Positions 33,596-38,531 of a stretch of 38,531 nt of DNA are shown in pieces (within the stretch, counting starts at the first letter, position 1; every line of letters starts with the position of its first letter). The notes beneath the pieces were generated by a model, which saw only the letters and a list, made by a program, of their open reading frames with translations, had not been told where the DNA came from and did not search any database. Position numbers and translations under genes: made by a program. The stretch comes from Phoronis australis (taxonomy: Eukaryota; Animalia; Phoronida). The stretch is from the NCBI GenBank assembly GCA_002633005.1, contig NMRA01000532.1:66586-105116 (forward strand), given 5' to 3'.

Positions 33596-34648
33596 CTGCT
33601 AAGTCAAGAATCTCATTTGAGTTAAAAACAAATTGGAATCATTTATACTACTACGTGTAGCCTAAATCAAAAGTCATCTGCCGTGGTTGAGAGAAGTGAG
33701 GAGGGTGTGGGAATGACCGTACGTTAGTAGCCCGCGGTGCAGCTGCGCTTGACTTACTAGGACACTTCTTTGAAGGAACTGTGATTTTTACCGTGCCAAA
33801 AACACAGCTAGGGGATTATTGTTGTATGGGATAGATTTCTTTAAATTATCATGCTTTTATCAGAGATATAAAACAACAAAATCCATTGTCCGTTGTGTTT
33901 TTGTGCCAATTCTTGCCGTTGTCTGGAGTCAGGGTGTGCCTTTACCATTCAAATACCCTTAAAATCTCCTGCCACGTAACGCGTGCCGGTGTGATTTGGT
34001 TCAGCGGCATAGCGTTGCGCCCGGTTGCATGAAACAGTCCTAAATAGGTCACCGTACTCAACCATGTTCTCTAAATCTTTTGCGTATTTGTTTTGTTCTG
34101 TACTAACAGATGTAGTATTTTTCCTATCATTTTATCTTTGTTGTGAGCTTCTCTTTGACTAATGTCATTTTCTAATTTATATATATATATAACTAAAAAC
34201 TGAGCTAAAATAATCAAGGACAATTAAGGGCGTTGCATGCAAAGATCCCTACTTATTTTCAATAATATTGAGAATTCAACTTAGACTTCACTCTCGATTT
34301 GTATCAAAGCCTAAAATTGACTTAGTAATAATACTCAAAAAGCACAAGAAAAGACAATCAGAGTTTTTAAAAGCCCACAAATACGCAGTGGATTTAGGGA
34401 ACTTAGTTGAGTCCCTATTTGGGACTGTGCCATGCAACCAGGCACAACATGAGTCAGTGTGGCCAGACTTGTTCTTTCCATGGAAGCCATTTACGAAAAC
34501 AATGCAGAAACAAACAGCTTAGTTCGTAATCACACGAACATTCTGTCTGAGTACTTTTCATCAAAGAACCAGTACGCCGGACAGCTTTGAGGTTTTCGTT
34601 GTGAGATTAACCAAACCTGCGTCTGATACTAACAAGAACTATTTTAGT

Positions 34649-34701
34649 CGTGTGTGTGCGTGTGTGTGTGTGTGTTTGTGTGTGTGTGTGCGTGTGTGTG
34701 T

Positions 34702-34733
<32 letters not shown>
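34649..34733. repeat. Compound (GT)n/(GC)n microsatellite
   Basis: 85 bp of nearly uninterrupted alternating purine-pyrimidine sequence with a central CG run. Confidence 0.97.
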
Positions 34734-36099
34734 TTCGAATGAAAGCGAAAAGTGGTCGTTTTTTTGTGTGCAACCAATTAGCCTAGTGAACAAAGTGCTC
34801 ACCAGTAGGGTACTCATGGGCAGAGAATCAAGGACGCCCCATAGTCGAACATCTTGGTTATAATCTATGAATGGCAGTGAACAACGCCCGTTGGTAACAA
34901 CCGTTTGACTAGAGACGGCCTTAGCGAACATCAATGAAGCGCAGATGCAAGACAGCCGGTACGTGAAGGTGGGTGCTGAAGGCTTCGGCCATTCAAATGA
35001 GTTTACGCGGCGGCGGAATGAATGAGAGACACGACTGAAAAAAGCTGTGATAACAGCCATTGACCGCGACACTCACGTGTGCGTCATTTGAAAAACTGCC
35101 CGCCTGTTTCTGTATACATGCATGTCTTAGCAAAGATTTTTGTCTATAGGCCTGGTGTGCCGATGGCTACCGCACGGTAAACGCTCTGGACCAATAAGCT
35201 AGTCCATCGACTGGACTTACATTGTGGAAATTAATGATACATGGAATTCGAATGGAATGTATATTCATCTTCATTTTGGTGCGTTTGAAACTCTTTAGAA
35301 GGGGATTAAGTTTTGTTATTTATAGTTACGCCTTCTCCGCAGGGCACTCCAGAAAATGGATTTCAATACACTTCGGTAGAGTAAACAACCACTTCAGGCA
35401 CCGTGACGCGCTGAGTAGGCCCCCTACACCCGATCGAATGACATTAAGCTTGTATACCAGCAAACATGGTAATTCTTATTACAGAAATGTGAACTAGAAC
35501 ACACAACTCACAACTGTTTGGTGAAATTAATTTTCAGAGCCTCTAAACCAAGTTTGTTTCTGGTTCAGCTCACTACCCAGTCCTGCCAGTCCATTTTATT
35601 CAACCTTCTTGCGAAAACCGCGTCGCTTTATTTTCAAACGTAGTACTCACTGAAAAATACAGACGCCGAGAACGTCAAAACACTGAACCTGCCCATGATA
35701 TTGTGCTAAAAATGAGTCCAGTGAGTAAGCTGAACCGGAAAAATTCATGAAGCTGATTGACGTAGTTGTGGAAAAGACGAAATCAAAACAGAAACAGAAT
35801 AAAACACAAAGCAAAATCTATTTACGTTCATATCGGGATATAAGTGTTGGTAAAAAAAGTTCAGAAAATGGCTAGCAATGTAACCAGTTAGAGGACAGTA
35901 ATTTGTCCACCGCGTATTTTGTGATGGTCTTAAAGACTTTTTCGTGCCGCTAAACCACCTGCATGGAGTTCCACAAAGGGAAGTTTTTTCTCCTCTAACA
36001 ACCAAAACTACGAAGCACGCGAGACGAAACAATAGAGCAAAAACAGCATGGATTATCCGCACTGACTATTCAAGAGATAACATTTCAGGGTGTAATTTA

Positions 36100-36280
36100 A
36101 CGAAGTTAAGAAAAGTTTAAAAGTTGACGTCTTTTTTGTAAAAATTTCTGTAAAAATATATAACTTTTGGCTAACATGATCAGCAAATTAACATCACAAT
36201 TTTCCCGCTGAGTATTTTTCAAGGCTCCAAACAAAATATTTATATTGTCTACAGGAAGATCTACGTGATATATACACAAA
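36100..36280 (-). mobile_element. Short decayed LINE ORF2 C-terminal fragment
   Basis: Supplied ORF 36106-36324 contains NILFG...VNLLIMLAKSYIF, the same motif class as the 4.2-4.6 kb fragment. Confidence 0.6.
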
Positions 36281-38531
36281 ACGTACCGAGAGTGGCGTAC
36301 ACGAAGTAATATCCCACGTGACATTATTCCGCGTATCGACCGAGATGCAAGGTGGTGCTTGCTACAAATTTATATATTCACGGTTTTAATGAGATATGGC
36401 ATTTTTATCTAAGATCTGAATATTGTCAATATACCACGCACTTTCATTTACAATAACTAACTTTACTTAGCAGTGTCATCGACATAGCCTTTCTGTGTTT
36501 GTGTGTGTATTTGGTTTTGTACCAGTTATTTCATATTTCGATATTCCATGTTTACTGAAAAAATATCCTTTATTATTTTGATATGTATTCGCATAACTCG
36601 CAAATATATGGCTCTCAGATTTTGTCTAGTCGATGGACGTCATTTTTCGTTTCGGTGCTTTCATTAAATATCATGAATATGTTTTGTACCGGGTAACTTA
36701 GATCTAATCTGAGAATCGAAGATTTTAAAAGTGGTTGCTATCATGATGTAAATACACGTTTGTCTCTAAACGTTTAATCAATATCAATAACCTGTTTTGT
36801 ACCTGGTTTCATAAATGCAATCTGCAAATCGTACATCTCGTGAACAGTTTTGCTTTGATTTTCTATCATTTTATATGTCACAATTAATTAAGTTAAAGAA
36901 CATTGATTTTTTCTCTGGAGACGTAATAAATATTAGGAACATTTTTGAACTAGGTTTTTGTAGTATATTGTTGTATGGTTACATCGACATTAAAGTAAGA
37001 TATGAAACAGTTTTTAAAATAAGTCTGAAGCAACACACATGAGCTAAACTCCGGCCGCAGTTTGACCACAGAAAACGAGAATGTCTTATTTCACTAAGGG
37101 TGTTTCGATTGCGATGATGTATGTAGGCCTACCGTATTACACAAAAATGTCGTACGTGAGAATCATTTAACATGATCGGTAATAATTACATTCCGCTGAG
37201 GCTCGTTAAAGCAACAATGACCGTTCCAAATCCGAATATTTCGTGCCACATTATTCAAATTGCGAATAAAGGTGAGTGCAAAGTGTGAATTCAAAGCTAT
37301 ATGTACCTGCAGTGTTTACAAAATCGCAGGCTATGGGTCAATTTGCCAGGTTAGAATCACGACTTAATTGATGTAACCGTCTAGATAAAAATCTTGTGAA
37401 CATATCACCAGCGGAAACTTTTAACGAAGCCAAGATGTTTTCCTGCTTAATTTTATGCCATGAACGGGCAGGTGAACACGTCTCAGAGCATGTCATGTGC
37501 AGCCAAGATGGTCACTAAGAAAGTCTCAGATTTGGCAGTGTACACACAGTAACAATTTAAATTAGTGCTTCGTAAAATTTGCGAAAACAAACTTCACCGA
37601 GGACTTGAAGGGCCTCTCATCATTAAAGATACAGTCGGGATTTAGCATGGTGATTTTTACGACCATCTACATTGAAACGTGTATTGGAAACGTTTAACAA
37701 AGGACGTCACAATCACTTGTAACGCCTGTAATTCTTGTGTGCGTACGTAGTGTCTTCTAGTTTGTCATTACAACGTAATTTGTGAGTCTGTTATGAAAAT
37801 GCTGTTCAGTCTCACGGAAATCATCATCATTAAAAAATACGCTGATTGGTGTTAAAAGTGCAATTTAGTGTTATGTAAAATAGCTGAAAATATGAATTCA
37901 CGGTCAATGAAAAAAATTTATTCTATTTTTCAATCACAAAGAACGGTGTTTAGATTTATGTACCGTAGAAAGTTTATTGATGTTTTTGTCAGACCAGGTG
38001 CAACGCATGTGTCAGTTATTTATGCGAATTTCACAGTTATTAAAATCACTTTGTTACGCCAGGTATGTAGGATATTGAAAATAAGACACGTTTTAATGAA
38101 CCCGTCATATGGAAAAATACGACAGGTAATAAACTTTTTGTCTCGTCATGCAAGCGACACGAAGGAGTCAATCTTAGGGCACTCGTTTGACTACATCTGT
38201 CTGACTTCATCTTTAAAAAGTGACATCTGAAATGTCTACTAATAATCGGTGGGCCAGATTTTGTAGGGCCTCTAGAAAATGGTTTTTGTGAGTACTTTAG
38301 GGGGGCAATTTTATTTTGGTGTTTTTTAATTCATTTATTAGAGTGTTTTCAAAATCTAAAAAGTTCCCACATATAAAGTTGCACATTTTTGAGAAATTTG
38401 AGTTTGAAGTTACCTAATAATCACCAAAGAGCTTAGTAAACTTATATTTGTAAAAACAACAGTTTTGGTGACTTTTTTGTAAAACAAGTAATATGGTCCC
38501 ATCAGTGCCATTGTATTGAACAATATTACAC

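Noticed and set aside
34601-35072. ORFs with CVCV / HTHT repeats
   Set aside because: Translations of the (GT)n/(GC)n microsatellite

Overview
AT-rich, intron-containing eukaryotic (metazoan, probably invertebrate) genomic DNA; almost all ORFs in the supplied track are spurious. The main gene is a 7-coding-exon alpha-arrestin (arrestin domain-containing, ARRDC-like) on the + strand, 13860-30701, which I assembled by hand: 1212 nt CDS, 403 aa, all GT-AG introns with consistent phases. Its Pro-rich tail carries two PTAP motifs and a PPSY motif. Probable 5' exons of a divergently oriented gene lie at 1-588 (- strand). The rest is rich in mobile DNA. (1) A non-autonomous Helentron/HINE-like family (complete copy 16749-18534 plus three partial loci) whose internal ~150/450-bp higher-order tandem repeat carries a CTCF-like motif in each subunit. 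(2) A 5'-truncated RNase H-encoding non-LTR retroelement with an 11-bp TSD and a 9-bp repeat tail. (3) Decayed L1/Tx1-like 3' fragments, several MITE-like elements, intronic hairpins, a long intronic inverted repeat, and mini/microsatellites. There is one 67-N assembly gap. TE family assignments rest on motif and structure recognition only; no database searches were run.
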